Of a stretch of 64,000 nucleotides of DNA, positions 8,609 to 18,124 are shown one piece after another. Origin of the DNA: Candidatus Zixiibacteriota bacterium (GTDB lineage Bacteria > Zixibacteria > MSB-5A5 > RBG-16-43-9); the NCBI GenBank assembly GCA_022865345.1, contig JALHSU010000194.1, forward strand, positions 9,249 to 73,248, read 5' to 3'. The position numbers and the translations under genes were made by a program. Numbering within the stretch: the first letter of the stretch is position 1; each line of letters starts with the position of its first letter. The notes below the pieces were generated by a model, which was not told where the DNA came from, did not search any database, and saw nothing but the letters and a program-made list of their open reading frames with translations.

Positions 8609-9760
8609 TTACGTAACCAGCTTCTCTCTCCTTAACCCTGAGAGGGAGTTCCTCAGTTCAAATCCAAGGTTCAAAAGGGCTAATTTGAGATTGACGTATC
8701 TCAATAGATCACCCCTGATTTTCTCCACTGAGCCTATAGCCTCCTGCACCTGGTCTGAGCCTTTGAAATCATCTGCGAACTTCTCGATCTCAGCTTTCAG
8801 GTCCGGATTTAAAAGTCTTTCTTCTTTTTTAACCTCTATAGTCACATATACATCCCTCAGCAGGCTCAAAAGAGATGCTAAAAGCTCTAAGGCTGACTCT
8901 CTTCCATAATCCTGAAGAAGCTGATTAAGATAATCAACCAGTTCAAATCTATCCTTCTTATTTATGATTTTTAAAAACTCTACTCCTTTTAATCTGACTT
9001 CGTCTTTGTCCCCTTCGACTAAGGAAAAAGCCAGACCTAAGCTCCCTTCTGAAAGCCTGGCATAATGTAGCGCTTTTTTTTCTGGGACATTGAAATCCTT
9101 TTCAAGCCTTTTAGCAATGAGCTCTTCTGACATCCTCTTGAACCTTACCCTTTGACAGCGCGATACAATGGTAGGTAAAAGCTTCTCCGGCTCTGAGCTT
9201 AAGAAGATTAGAAGTGAATTTTTTGGCGGCTCTTCTAAGGTCTTGAGAAAGCAGTTTTCAGCTTCAATCGACATCTTCTCAGGATCCTGAACAATTAAGA
9301 CTTTGACTTTCCCTTCAACTGGCGTGTAAAACAGGTTCCTCTGGGCATTTCTCACCTCTTCTATGGAGATCGAGCCTGGCTTCTCGTATCTGACAATCTT
9401 GTACGGCTCAGCCAGTTTTTCCTCAATGAATTTACTCCGGTTTTTCTGCTCCTCTTCCTCTTTTTCTTTTTTGCTTTTCTTAGAGGAAGAAACAGGGGGA
9501 AGAGGAAAAATCAAGGTCAGATCAGGATGAGTCAAATGACTGATCTTTTTGCAGGATGAACACTCGCTGCAGGAGTCATCTCCTTCTTTCAGGCAATTGA
9601 CCGCCTTAGCCAGCTCAATTGCAAAAAGCCATTTTCCGACCCCAGGCGGACCAGTGAACAGATAAGCATGCGCAATCCTTTTTTCCCTGATTGCCCCCTG
9701 CAGGATTTTTTTAGCGATCTCCTGGTCTATTATCTCTTTAAATGACATTATTTCAACCAT
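8609..9760 (-). CDS. holB: DNA polymerase III subunit delta'
   Basis: AHAYLFTGPPGVGK Walker A-like motif, a CxxC Zn module, and the SRCQ sensor motif. Confidence 0.85.
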   Translation of the reverse strand: MVEIMSFKEIIDQEIAKKILQGAIREKRIAHAYLFTGPPGVGKWLFAIELAKAVNCLKEGDDSCSECSSCKKISHLTHPDLTLIFPLPPVSSSKKSKKEKEEEEQKNRSKFIEEKLAEPYKIVRYEKPGSISIEEVRNAQRNLFYTPVEGKVKVLIVQDPEKMSIEAENCFLKTLEEPPKNSLLIFLSSEPEKLLPTIVSRCQRVRFKRMSEELIAKRLEKDFNVPEKKALHYARLSEGSLGLAFSLVEGDKDEVRLKGVEFLKIINKKDRFELVDYLNQLLQDYGRESALELLASLLSLLRDVYVTIEVKKEERLLNPDLKAEIEKFADDFKGSDQVQEAIGSVEKIRGDLLRYVNLKLALLNLGFELRNSLSGLRREKLVT

Positions 9761-10929
9761 TCTAAAGGATCGAGCTGCTCTTTTCCTTTTCTTATCTCGA
9801 AATGAAGATTGTCTTCAGCCCCTGAGCCACTGATCCTGGCAATAGTCTGCGATTGGCTAATAGTTTCGCCTACATCCGCAAAAACTTCCTTTAGATTAGC
9901 ATAAACCGTATAGAAACCTCCGTCATGCTGGAGGATAATGAAGTTCCCGTAACCCCTGAGCCAGGAAGAATAGACTACCTTACCGTCTGCCACTGCTTTT
10001 ACCTCTTCCGATACAGGCGAGATATCGATTCCCGGGTTAAAGACTTTTGTGTTAAACCTCTTCTCCTCCTGCTGGCCAAAACCTAAGGCTAACTTGCCTT
10101 TGACCGGCCAGGGAATCCTTCCTTTCAAAGCTTTGAATATGCTGGCCTGGGTCTCGATTTCCCCTTCGGATCTTTTTTGCTCTAAGGAGGTCAATAGCCT
10201 CTCGATCTCTTTGGCGCTTTTTTCTAATTCTTTAACCGAACTAAGATAAATTTCTTTCTCAGTTCGGATGGTTTTGAGAAGTTTCTCTTTTTTCCCCTTT
10301 TCCGAGCTTCTCCTCTTTTCCTCTTTATCCTTCTCCTTGATTAACTGAGCTAATTCCCTCCTTTTCGTCTCCAGGGTCTTCTTGGTCTCTTTCACACTCG
10401 CGATCTCAGAGGAAACACCCTGAATCAAAGCCTGATCCTGCTGGGTTATGAGCTTAATATATCTTAACCTTCTCATCAGGTCAAGAGGGGAGGAGGCGCC
10501 GATCAGGATTTCGTATTCCCGGAACCTCATATATTTGTAGATATCCCTTAACCGGCATCCCAGTTCTTCCCTTTTGTCCTGTAACCTGAATTGGGAATTC
10601 TTCAGCAGTTCCTCTTCGGCTGAAATTCCTTTGCCGGTTCTTCTCGATTCCTGATTAAGCCTGGAAACCAGTTTATCTATAAGCTCCAGCTCCTCTTCCA
10701 GGTTTTTAATCTCTATGAAAACCGAGGACTCTTTTTTGGAGAGTTTCTTTATCTTGTCTCTTTTTTCCTCTAACTCTTGCCTGATCCGATGGAGCTCGTC
10801 TTTCTGTTCTGAGATCCTGCTTTCTATCTTCTGAGCCATTAAATCGCTTTGAGTGAAAGGGTATAATAAAAACCCACAGGTCAGGACCGAAAGAAAGAGG
10901 ATCAGACAAAAGTTCAAAAATGTTCTCAT
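9748..10929 (-). CDS. envC: M23 family peptidase with long N-terminal coiled coil (EnvC-like murein hydrolase activator)
   Basis: N-terminal signal/TM, extended coiled coil, and C-terminal M23/LytM domain (...GNFIILQHDGGFYTVYANL...NLHFEIR...). Immediately downstream of ftsEX. Confidence 0.75.
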   Translation of the reverse strand: MRTFLNFCLILFLSVLTCGFLLYPFTQSDLMAQKIESRISEQKDELHRIRQELEEKRDKIKKLSKKESSVFIEIKNLEEELELIDKLVSRLNQESRRTGKGISAEEELLKNSQFRLQDKREELGCRLRDIYKYMRFREYEILIGASSPLDLMRRLRYIKLITQQDQALIQGVSSEIASVKETKKTLETKRRELAQLIKEKDKEEKRRSSEKGKKEKLLKTIRTEKEIYLSSVKELEKSAKEIERLLTSLEQKRSEGEIETQASIFKALKGRIPWPVKGKLALGFGQQEEKRFNTKVFNPGIDISPVSEEVKAVADGKVVYSSWLRGYGNFIILQHDGGFYTVYANLKEVFADVGETISQSQTIARISGSGAEDNLHFEIRKGKEQLDPLEWLK

Positions 10930-10994
10930 TCTACATCTCGTCTATTTTTACAGGGGGTCGACTCCTGCATTAACCGGAATATTTTCATCCATTA

Positions 10995-11846
10995 TCAGTC
11001 AGTTTTTTCCGCTCCGGATAAAAGACCGGCAAATCCGCCAAGGAGAAAACCGAACAATATGAAGGCAACCGAAAGGATTAAAGGTAAAAAACTAAGCTCG
11101 AATCCAAAAGAGCTGAAGAGATTGAATAGCAGATACAGGACCAGAAGGCTCAAAAAAGCGCTCACCGTTCCATTTATGATTCCCTCAAACAGAAAAATCT
11201 TTCTGGAAAAACGGCTTCCAACGCCTAAAAGGCTGAAAAGTTTCAACTCCTCAGCCCTGGACCTGCGGATATTCCTGAGAGTTTGCATCATGGTAAACAG
11301 CGATCCTGAGACCATGAAAACTCCTAAGGCTAAATTTATCCATAATGAGATTTTAAAGACGTTCTCTATTTTTCCGACCCAGAATCTGCCGTAATCTACC
11401 TCTTCCACACCTGCCATCTTCTTTAATTGAATGGAGATTTTCTCCATTTTATCCAGATTCTGATAAGCTGGCTTCAATTTTACCACCCAGGAAGAGGGCA
11501 ATGGATTTGACTCCAGACCTTCCAAGATATTCTGCCCCAAGTAACCTTTCAACTCCTGCAGGGCTTTCTCTTTGGAGCGAAATACGGCCTGGTCTATTCC
11601 TTCCAGCTGGATGATTTTATCTCTAAGCTCGTCGATCTCTTTCTGGGCGAGTTCTTCTTGTAAATAGACATCTATTTCCATCCTGCTTTTTACTTTCTGG
11701 GTGAAGGTGTAAAGATTATAGGTTACTAAAAGAAAGATGCCGAAGATCAAAAAGAAAAAAGTCAGGTTGACCAAAGAGGTAAAGGTGGAACCTTTTTCCC
11801 TGAAAAATCCAGAGACCGATTCCTTTAAAAAGAAGAACAAACTCAT
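10995..11846 (-). CDS. ftsX: cell division ABC transporter permease FtsX
   Basis: 283 aa with the 1 TM, periplasmic domain, 3 TM topology typical of FtsX. Overlaps ftsE by 4 bp. Confidence 0.8.
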   Translation of the reverse strand: MSLFFFLKESVSGFFREKGSTFTSLVNLTFFFLIFGIFLLVTYNLYTFTQKVKSRMEIDVYLQEELAQKEIDELRDKIIQLEGIDQAVFRSKEKALQELKGYLGQNILEGLESNPLPSSWVVKLKPAYQNLDKMEKISIQLKKMAGVEEVDYGRFWVGKIENVFKISLWINLALGVFMVSGSLFTMMQTLRNIRRSRAEELKLFSLLGVGSRFSRKIFLFEGIINGTVSAFLSLLVLYLLFNLFSSFGFELSFLPLILSVAFILFGFLLGGFAGLLSGAEKTD

Positions 11847-12508
11847 TTTCTTATCTCTCCTTTTTCCAGCTGGATTACCCTCCCTTTAAAACTCCTGGCT
11901 ATATCGTCTCTATAAGTAGTCACAAGCACTGTCGAACCTTTTAGATTGATCTCCTTGAAAAAATCGATAATCTCAAAGGTGACCTTTTGGTCCAATCCAC
12001 CAAAAGGCTCATCTGCCAGGATAATCAGGGGCTCGTTTATAACTGCCCGGGCAATGGCAAGCTTTTTCCTTTCCCCGGCCGAGATCTCCTTCGGGAAAGA
12101 TTTTCTTTTGGGATAGAGGTTGAATGCTCCTAAAAGTTCTGCTGTTCTGGACTTGATATGTTTCTCTTTTTTACCTGAGAGCCTCAAAGGTAAGGAGAGG
12201 TTTTCTTCCAGAGTTCTTTCCTTGATCAGCTTTAAATCCTCAAACACCACGCCTATCTTTTGCCTCAGCTCCGGCAATCTCTTTTTATTCTTTTCCAGGC
12301 TGTTGTATTTATCTATGAAGATTACTCCGCTGCTTGGCTCTTCCTCCATCCACAAAAGCTTGAGTAAAGTAGTTTTCCCCGCCCCATTTGGCCCAACCAG
12401 AAAAAGGAATTCTCCCTTTTCTATTTCCAAATCTACATTTTTTAGAGCGCTTCTCCAGCCATCATAGATTTTGGAGACGCCTTGCAATTTTATGAGGATA
12501 TCTTTCAT
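11843..12508 (-). CDS. ftsE: cell division ABC transporter ATP-binding protein FtsE
   Basis: Walker [15 protein letters not shown], an ABC signature variant, and Walker B ILADEP. Confidence 0.85.
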   Translation of the reverse strand: MKDILIKLQGVSKIYDGWRSALKNVDLEIEKGEFLFLVGPNGAGKTTLLKLLWMEEEPSSGVIFIDKYNSLEKNKKRLPELRQKIGVVFEDLKLIKERTLEENLSLPLRLSGKKEKHIKSRTAELLGAFNLYPKRKSFPKEISAGERKKLAIARAVINEPLIILADEPFGGLDQKVTFEIIDFFKEINLKGSTVLVTTYRDDIARSFKGRVIQLEKGEIRK

Positions 12509-12517
12509 CTAATCCAC

Positions 12518-13543
12518 TTAGTTAAACCAGATCTTGTCCAAGTTGTCCGAAGATTCGGCTAACTTCGCTGCCAGCATTATCGCCTTGATCATCCCCCCTG
12601 GGTCTGCTTTTCCTTTTCCGGCAATATCCAAGGCTGTTCCGAAATCGGGAGAGGTGCGAATAACCGGAACCCCGGCTGTCAGATTCACTGAGCTTCCCAA
12701 TCCTTTTATCTTCATCGGAATAAGCCCCTGGTCGTGATACATCGCTACTATACAATCGAATCCAGATGAACGCTTCGGATTGAATAGAGAATCAGCAGCA
12801 AATGGACCGGATACATTTATCCTTTTTCTCTGAGCTTTTTTTATTGCCGGCAGGATTGCTTTTTTCTCCTCTTTTCCGAAAAGCCCTTCCTCTCCGGAAT
12901 GAGGATTCAGGGCACACACGCTGATCATTGGCTTTTTTATTTTAAATAAGAATCTCAAGACCTTGTCTGTCAGTTCTATCTTTTCAAAAACCTTTTGAGA
13001 ATTAATCTCTTTACTTACTCTAGATAAAGGCAGATGTGTCGTTACCAGAATTATCTTTAAATCATCCCTTATAAACATCATCCCGAATTTAGTTGAAGCA
13101 GTAAGAAAAGCAATCATCTCAGTCTGACCAGGGAAATCATACCCGGCTAATTTTAGACCTTTTTTGGATAACGGGGCAGTCACAATCCCGTCGATCTCTT
13201 GAGCTAAGGCAAACTGAACCGCATAAACCAGACAGGTAGCCGCCATACTGCCTGAGGTTTTGTTTACCTTTCCGGTTTTGACCTTTTTATAATCTAAATC
13301 GGTGCAATGCAAGATATTTATAACCTTTCCATCAGTATTCATTTCTTCTACTGAGAAGACCCGATTTAATCTGTACCCCCTTGGATATTTTTTAGTGGCT
13401 TGACGAAAAACATCGATGGAGCCAAAAACCAGAGGCACACAAATTCTTTTAACTTCAGGTTTGGTAATTGATTTAACCACCACCTCCGGACCTATCCCGG
13501 CCGGGTCACCCATCGTAATTCCCAGAATCGGCTTTCTTTTCAT
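12518..13543 (-). CDS. pdxA: 4-hydroxythreonine-4-phosphate dehydrogenase
   Basis: PdxA signature ...ILGITMGDPAGIGPEV... The track ORF starts at 13579, but M at 13543 (MKRKPILGIT) matches the usual PdxA N-terminus. Confidence 0.85.
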   Translation of the reverse strand: MKRKPILGITMGDPAGIGPEVVVKSITKPEVKRICVPLVFGSIDVFRQATKKYPRGYRLNRVFSVEEMNTDGKVINILHCTDLDYKKVKTGKVNKTSGSMAATCLVYAVQFALAQEIDGIVTAPLSKKGLKLAGYDFPGQTEMIAFLTASTKFGMMFIRDDLKIILVTTHLPLSRVSKEINSQKVFEKIELTDKVLRFLFKIKKPMISVCALNPHSGEEGLFGKEEKKAILPAIKKAQRKRINVSGPFAADSLFNPKRSSGFDCIVAMYHDQGLIPMKIKGLGSSVNLTAGVPVIRTSPDFGTALDIAGKGKADPGGMIKAIMLAAKLAESSDNLDKIWFN

Positions 13544-13634
13544 ATCAAAGTAACTTATGCAAAATTTCGAAAATGGCAAGGAAAATCAAAAGTTTCGAAA
13601 ACAAAAAGCAAGAAGCGAGGATCGAGTAGCGGGT

Positions 13635-13742
13635 ATCGGGGGGAAACGGCTTAGCTGAGCCTTCACGACTCTGGTTACTAAATGCAAAGCTCAATAGAGA
13701 GACGCATGCGATGTGTCTCTACTGACTCCATTTTTCCCCGAT
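13635..13742. repeat. MITE-like element bounded by a 12-bp inverted repeat atcggggggaaa / tttttccccgat, with an internal hairpin agagac...gtctct
   Basis: Read directly: the IR arms enclose about 85 bp containing gcatgc-centred hairpins. Confidence 0.55.
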
Positions 13743-13933
13743 GATTTTGAAAAGGTCTCACCCCGATTTAGTATAGCCCATCCCTTTGATGGGTCAACCT
13801 AAAGGTTGATACTCCAACTCAAAATATTGCTTGATAAATCAAGCGACTACAAAATACCCCTACCTGGAAAACCAAAGTCTTCCGCTACAATGTTGAAGAT
13901 TTAATTGAAATGAAGGAATGGATAGGAGAAAAC

Positions 13934-14037
13934 TCAACCCCCGAAAAAATTCTAATCCTTCATCGACTCTAAGAACTTCGGATTGTTCTTGGTCTTTCTT
14001 GTCCGATCCAGTAAGAACTCCATCGCTTCAAGTTGGT
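13934..14037 (-). pseudogene. displaced duplicate of the rho 3' end (last ~28 codons plus ~17 nt of 3' flank)
   Basis: 13951-14037 is about 80% identical to 15220-15306. Reverse-strand translation reads ...[28 protein letters not shown], compared with Rho C-terminus ...[28 protein letters not shown]. The flank aacccccgaaaaaattctaatcc matches aaaccccaaaaagctctaatcc. Confidence 0.8.
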
Positions 14038-14200
14038 TCTGGAATTGGTGTTCCCGAATCAATCCTGCTCAGCCAAGTACGGGAATTCCGATTCCCGCAC
14101 GAACAAGAAGAACTGAAAAACTATTTTGTGAGCAAGATAGATGTTGCGTTTTTTTGGTAAATTACATATAATTATCATAACCACTACTAAAGGAGTAACG

Positions 14201-15082
14201 ATGAAAGCATTTTTAAACCATAGCCTTAGACTATGGATAATAGTGCCTTTGGCAATTACACTACTTTTCTTCACGCTCGTCACCCCTTTCGCAAAGACCC
14301 TGTACCAAGATGGAACCTTTAGTACTACGTTATTAACGGCGTCTTCGATCAAAAATGCCTCAGGTGGATCTCTGAAAAACCTCCAAGTAAAGGGTACTAC
14401 AGGTATAAATCTTATCTCCTTTATACCGATCCAATATCAAAGTATGAACGGTACAAGTGAAGAGTATTATACTGAAGAATACTATTTAGGAAAGCTGGCA
14501 CGTTGGCAAAATTCTTTCAGAATTCGTCAAGGTATCTTATCGTTTCTAATTGGCACTACTTTGGCAGCATACGGAATTTATGGACTCACAAAAAAGAATA
14601 ACGACGGTGTATTATTGACAGCCAGTGGCATATCCATTGATGTTTTAGGATTATATTTAATCTATGGAAAAAGCCGGGCTCAGAAGTCTTATGAGAAGGC
14701 TTGGCAAATGGAAGATGAAGCAGAGAAACATAACTTAACTTTAGAGACCTTGCACTTTTATGCTCGGAATTATAGAGCATTTAGGATAGGCTCTGCAATT
14801 TTGTGTACAGCAGGCGGAATTTGGGTCCTCAAACAGCCAGACCCAGAGGAATGTGAGCCCTGGAATTACGCTCTTGGACCGAATCCCTGTGATCTATTGA
14901 ACCCTGAGGAACAGAAAACTGCAAAAACGATGAGCACAGTTGCTCTCTTCTCTTCAGCCATCTTTCTCTTGGTTTGGAAGAGTCCCCCTGAGAAACTTTA
15001 TAAGAAATATCGAGGTTTGCATCAGAATCTTGGTCTGGATAGAAAAGGGGATGTAATCTTATTCTTTTCCTATTATTTCTGA
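14201..15082 (+). CDS. hypothetical integral membrane protein (AT-rich islet gene)
   Basis: Strong SD aaaggag 7 nt before ATG 14201 (the track ORF starts earlier at 14141). There are several hydrophobic helices. It is one of the few plus-strand genes, has lower GC than its neighbours, and is bracketed by the duplicated rho 3' end. Confidence 0.55.
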   Translation: MKAFLNHSLRLWIIVPLAITLLFFTLVTPFAKTLYQDGTFSTTLLTASSIKNASGGSLKNLQVKGTTGINLISFIPIQYQSMNGTSEEYYTEEYYLGKLARWQNSFRIRQGILSFLIGTTLAAYGIYGLTKKNNDGVLLTASGISIDVLGLYLIYGKSRAQKSYEKAWQMEDEAEKHNLTLETLHFYARNYRAFRIGSAILCTAGGIWVLKQPDPEECEPWNYALGPNPCDLLNPEEQKTAKTMSTVALFSSAIFLLVWKSPPEKLYKKYRGLHQNLGLDRKGDVILFFSYYF

Positions 15083-15219
15083 GCTGATAACAGGTAACAT
15101 TGTTTTTACATTGAACGACCTAGGATTAAGTCAAAGACAGGCTGAAGTTTTAATCTTATTCTTCTTTTATGAATGTAAACTAAAGGGCAGATTAAAGAAC
15201 GATTAAACCCCAAAAAGCT

Positions 15220-16467
15220 CTAATCCTTCATCGACTCTAAGAACTTGGAGTTGTTTTTGGTTTTTCTTATCCTGTCAAGCAAGAACTCCATAGCCTCGAC
15301 TGAGTTCATCTCGTTTAGGAATCTCCTTAAAATCCAGATCTTGCTTAACTCCTCCTCAGACAGAAGCAGTTCTTCCTTACGGGTGCCAGAACGGTTGATA
15401 TCCATAGCCGGGAAGATCCTGCGGTCCTGCAGCCGGCGGTCTAAGACTATCTCCATATTTCCGGTTCCTTTGAACTCCTCGAAGATGACTTCATCCATCC
15501 GGCTGCCGGTCTCGATCAAGGCAGTAGCCATAATGGTGAGGCTCCCGCCCTCTTCGATATTCCGGGCTGCGCCAAAAAACCTTTTCGGTTTCTGCAGGGC
15601 GTTAGCATCCACTCCACCGGAGAGGATTTTTCCGCTGTGAGGAACAACTGCATTATGCGCCCGGGCTAAACGGGTGATACTGTCCAAAAGGATAACTACA
15701 TCCTGCTGGTGCTCCACCAGTCTTTTGGCTTTTTCTATCACCATATCTGCCACCTGCACGTGCCGATCTGCCGGCTCATCAAAGGTGGAACTGACCACCT
15801 CTCCTTTAACCGAACGCTTCATATCGGTGACCTCTTCTGGCCTTTCATCGATCAGAAGCACTATCAGCTTTATCTCCGGGTGGTTGGCGGTGACGCTGTT
15901 GGCGATCTTCTGCAGAAGGATAGTCTTTCCAGCCTTGGGAGGGGAGACAATCAAACCCCTCTGACCCTTTCCAACCGGACAGACCAGATCCATTATCCGC
16001 ATAGAGACTTCTTCGGTAGCGGTTTCCAGTTGAATCCTTTTTTCCGGATAAAGAGGTGTCAAGTTGTCAAATAAAACCTTATGTTTTGCCACCTCCGGGT
16101 TCTCGAAATTAACTGCCTCGATCTTCAAAAGGGCAAAATACCGCTCCGAATCCTTGGGAGGTCTCACCTGTCCGGAGATAGTATCCCCCTTCCTCAAATC
16201 GAACCTTTTTATCTGGGAAGGGGAAACGTAGATATCATCCGGGCCCGGAAGATAGTTATAATCCGGGGAACGCAGGAAACCATAACCCTCTGGCAAAATT
16301 TCCAGAACCCCTTCTGCGAAGATAAGTCCGTTTTTCTCAGTCTTTGCCTCTAAGATCTTGAATATTAGATCCTGTTTTCTCAAGCCCGCGCAGCCGGGGA
16401 TGTCTAACTCCTCCGCCAGTTTCAAAAGCTCCGACACGGTCTTGCTTTTAAGCTCAACTATATCCAT
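15220..16467 (-). CDS. rho: transcription termination factor Rho
   Basis: N-terminal Rho_N domain ([23 protein letters not shown]), cold-shock-like RNA-binding domain and a RecA-type ATPase with a Walker A variant (GKTILLQ). Confidence 0.92.
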   Translation of the reverse strand: MDIVELKSKTVSELLKLAEELDIPGCAGLRKQDLIFKILEAKTEKNGLIFAEGVLEILPEGYGFLRSPDYNYLPGPDDIYVSPSQIKRFDLRKGDTISGQVRPPKDSERYFALLKIEAVNFENPEVAKHKVLFDNLTPLYPEKRIQLETATEEVSMRIMDLVCPVGKGQRGLIVSPPKAGKTILLQKIANSVTANHPEIKLIVLLIDERPEEVTDMKRSVKGEVVSSTFDEPADRHVQVADMVIEKAKRLVEHQQDVVILLDSITRLARAHNAVVPHSGKILSGGVDANALQKPKRFFGAARNIEEGGSLTIMATALIETGSRMDEVIFEEFKGTGNMEIVLDRRLQDRRIFPAMDINRSGTRKEELLLSEEELSKIWILRRFLNEMNSVEAMEFLLDRIRKTKNNSKFLESMKD

Positions 16468-16606
16468 AAATTCACCTCTTAAAATATGATTTGATTATAT
16501 ATTCCTTAGTTTTTGTCTAATTCTTTATCTAAACCTTCCAGGCAGATAAAAGAAGAGAGATCCTTTTCGATTCAAGCAGTCCGACTTAAAGCTGATCTTC
16601 TGACCT

Positions 16607-16993
16607 TTAGGCAACTGACCTGTTCTTTTTAAGTAGTCTGATTTTTTCTTTGATCTGTTTCACCTTTGCATCCCCCCATAATCTTTCTAACCCGTAGAAC
16701 TCCCTGGTTTCGTCTAAGAAGATATGCACCACCACGTCCACGTAATCTAAAAGTATCCACTTGGAATTCTGGTACCCCTCGGCATGCCAAGCTCTTATCC
16801 CCTTTTTCTTGAGGCTTTCAGTTATATGGTCCGCGATCGCCCTGGCCTGTAACTCCACCTCTGCAGAACAGACTAGGAAGTAATCGGTGATATCCGCCAC
16901 TTTCCTCAGGTCCAGAACCTTTATGTCTGCGGCTTTTTTCTCCAGGGCGTATCTGCCAATTAAATTTGCTAACCTCTGAGAAGAGATTTTCAA
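16607..16993 (-). CDS. rsfS: ribosomal silencing factor RsfS (Iojap family)
   Basis: ...DITDYFLVCSAEVELQARAIADHITESLKK...WILLDYVDVVVHIF... matches the RsfS family. Confidence 0.8.
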   Translation of the reverse strand: MKISSQRLANLIGRYALEKKAADIKVLDLRKVADITDYFLVCSAEVELQARAIADHITESLKKKGIRAWHAEGYQNSKWILLDYVDVVVHIFLDETREFYGLERLWGDAKVKQIKEKIRLLKKNRSVA

Positions 16994-17041
16994 CTTGAGC
17001 TTTTCTTCCTCCCTACGGGTCGTAAAGCTTTTATCGACCTT

Positions 17042-17539
17042 TTAATCTTTTAGTTTAAAAATCTTCTGATAATCCTGACCCAGGATCAGGGTATAGCCTA
17101 TGTTCAGATAATTGTTTTCCAGCTGCCGGGTGAGGATGTTTTTCTTCTTCAGACCGATTTTTTCACCGATCAGCAGGGCGGTTTTCTCCTCTCCCATCCT
17201 ATCCAGAAGAAGACTTTCCTTGACCAGGGAATCCGGCAAGTCTTTCTGTTCAACTATAACCAGATAATAGGGGCTGAAATTTTTTTTCTCCAGGAACTGG
17301 GCAAAACCAGGACTGATTCTTTTGCCTGAGGAGTTCAGCACTTGCACTCGCAAAGGATTCGTTCTCAGACTCCCCTCTGCTTGAGTCTGGGTTAACCTTT
17401 TGGCTGAAGAGAGAACAAATAATATTATCAATAAACCCAAAAAGGCTATACCCAGATCCACAAACCTTCCCCCCCGTTTTGCTTTGGACCTCTTGCGGTA
17501 AAAACGATACCTTTTATCCGCGCCTTTTCGCTTGAACAT
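17042..17539 (-). CDS. membrane-anchored protein with LytR/CpsA/Psr C-terminal (LytR_C)-like domain
   Basis: Basic N-terminus, one TM, then ...PLRVQVLNSSGKRISPGFAQFLEK...DLPDSLV..., which resembles LytR_C domains. Confidence 0.4.
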   Translation of the reverse strand: MFKRKGADKRYRFYRKRSKAKRGGRFVDLGIAFLGLLIILFVLSSAKRLTQTQAEGSLRTNPLRVQVLNSSGKRISPGFAQFLEKKNFSPYYLVIVEQKDLPDSLVKESLLLDRMGEEKTALLIGEKIGLKKKNILTRQLENNYLNIGYTLILGQDYQKIFKLKD

Positions 17540-17651
17540 AATTTTCGGGAATAAAGAAACTCAGCACTGCAGAAAATCTATCTGGAAATAAATTTTAGAT
17601 ATTTTAGTTTTAAAAAAGAAAAAACGTAAAATAGCTTCGATAACCTACCTC

Positions 17652-18074
17652 TTACCTGTACCAATATTCATACCACCCAGGCATACTAGAGACGTCTATC
17701 CTGAGCTGAAAGCTTTTGCTCGGCTGATAAAAGAGCTGAAAATTCGGCAGCAAAACACCGTTAAGGCTCTGGCTGCCTCGGTTGAAGACAGAAAGTGGCT
17801 GGTGCAGATAGGCCAGCCCTACCCTGACCAGCAAAGGCTGGGAGATTCTGTATTCTAAGGTATTAGTGTACAATCCGAAAGTCCCGCTCTGTTTGCCTGA
17901 GGAAAAAAACGAAAAAGTATAACTCTGGCTCATTTTCAACCGGCTCGGATCAAGCAGGCTGAACCCTTTTAATTTGACGGATGGCTCATTGACACTTTTA
18001 TCTTGCGCAAAGCCACTTTGAATTGACAATAATAGGATAGTAAGGATCAAGCTAAGATATATTATTTTTTTCAT
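17652..18074 (-). CDS. small secreted hypothetical protein
   Basis: 140 aa with a signal peptide (...SIQSGFAQ). Beta-rich and ends with the aromatic tail YEYWYR. Confidence 0.4.
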   Translation of the reverse strand: MKKIIYLSLILTILLLSIQSGFAQDKSVNEPSVKLKGFSLLDPSRLKMSQSYTFSFFSSGKQSGTFGLYTNTLEYRISQPLLVRVGLAYLHQPLSVFNRGSQSLNGVLLPNFQLFYQPSKSFQLRIDVSSMPGWYEYWYR

Positions 18075-18124
18075 CTTCCCCTCCTGCGCGAACAGGATTC
18101 AATATAACCTTATTCAACTTTTTG

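Noticed and set aside
13580-13930. tRNA or other structured RNA gene in the 350-bp gap between pdxA and the rho fragment
   Set aside because: No cloverleaf-compatible arrangement or T-loop (GTTCRANYC) box was found. The structure present is the IR-bounded MITE-like element 13635-13742.
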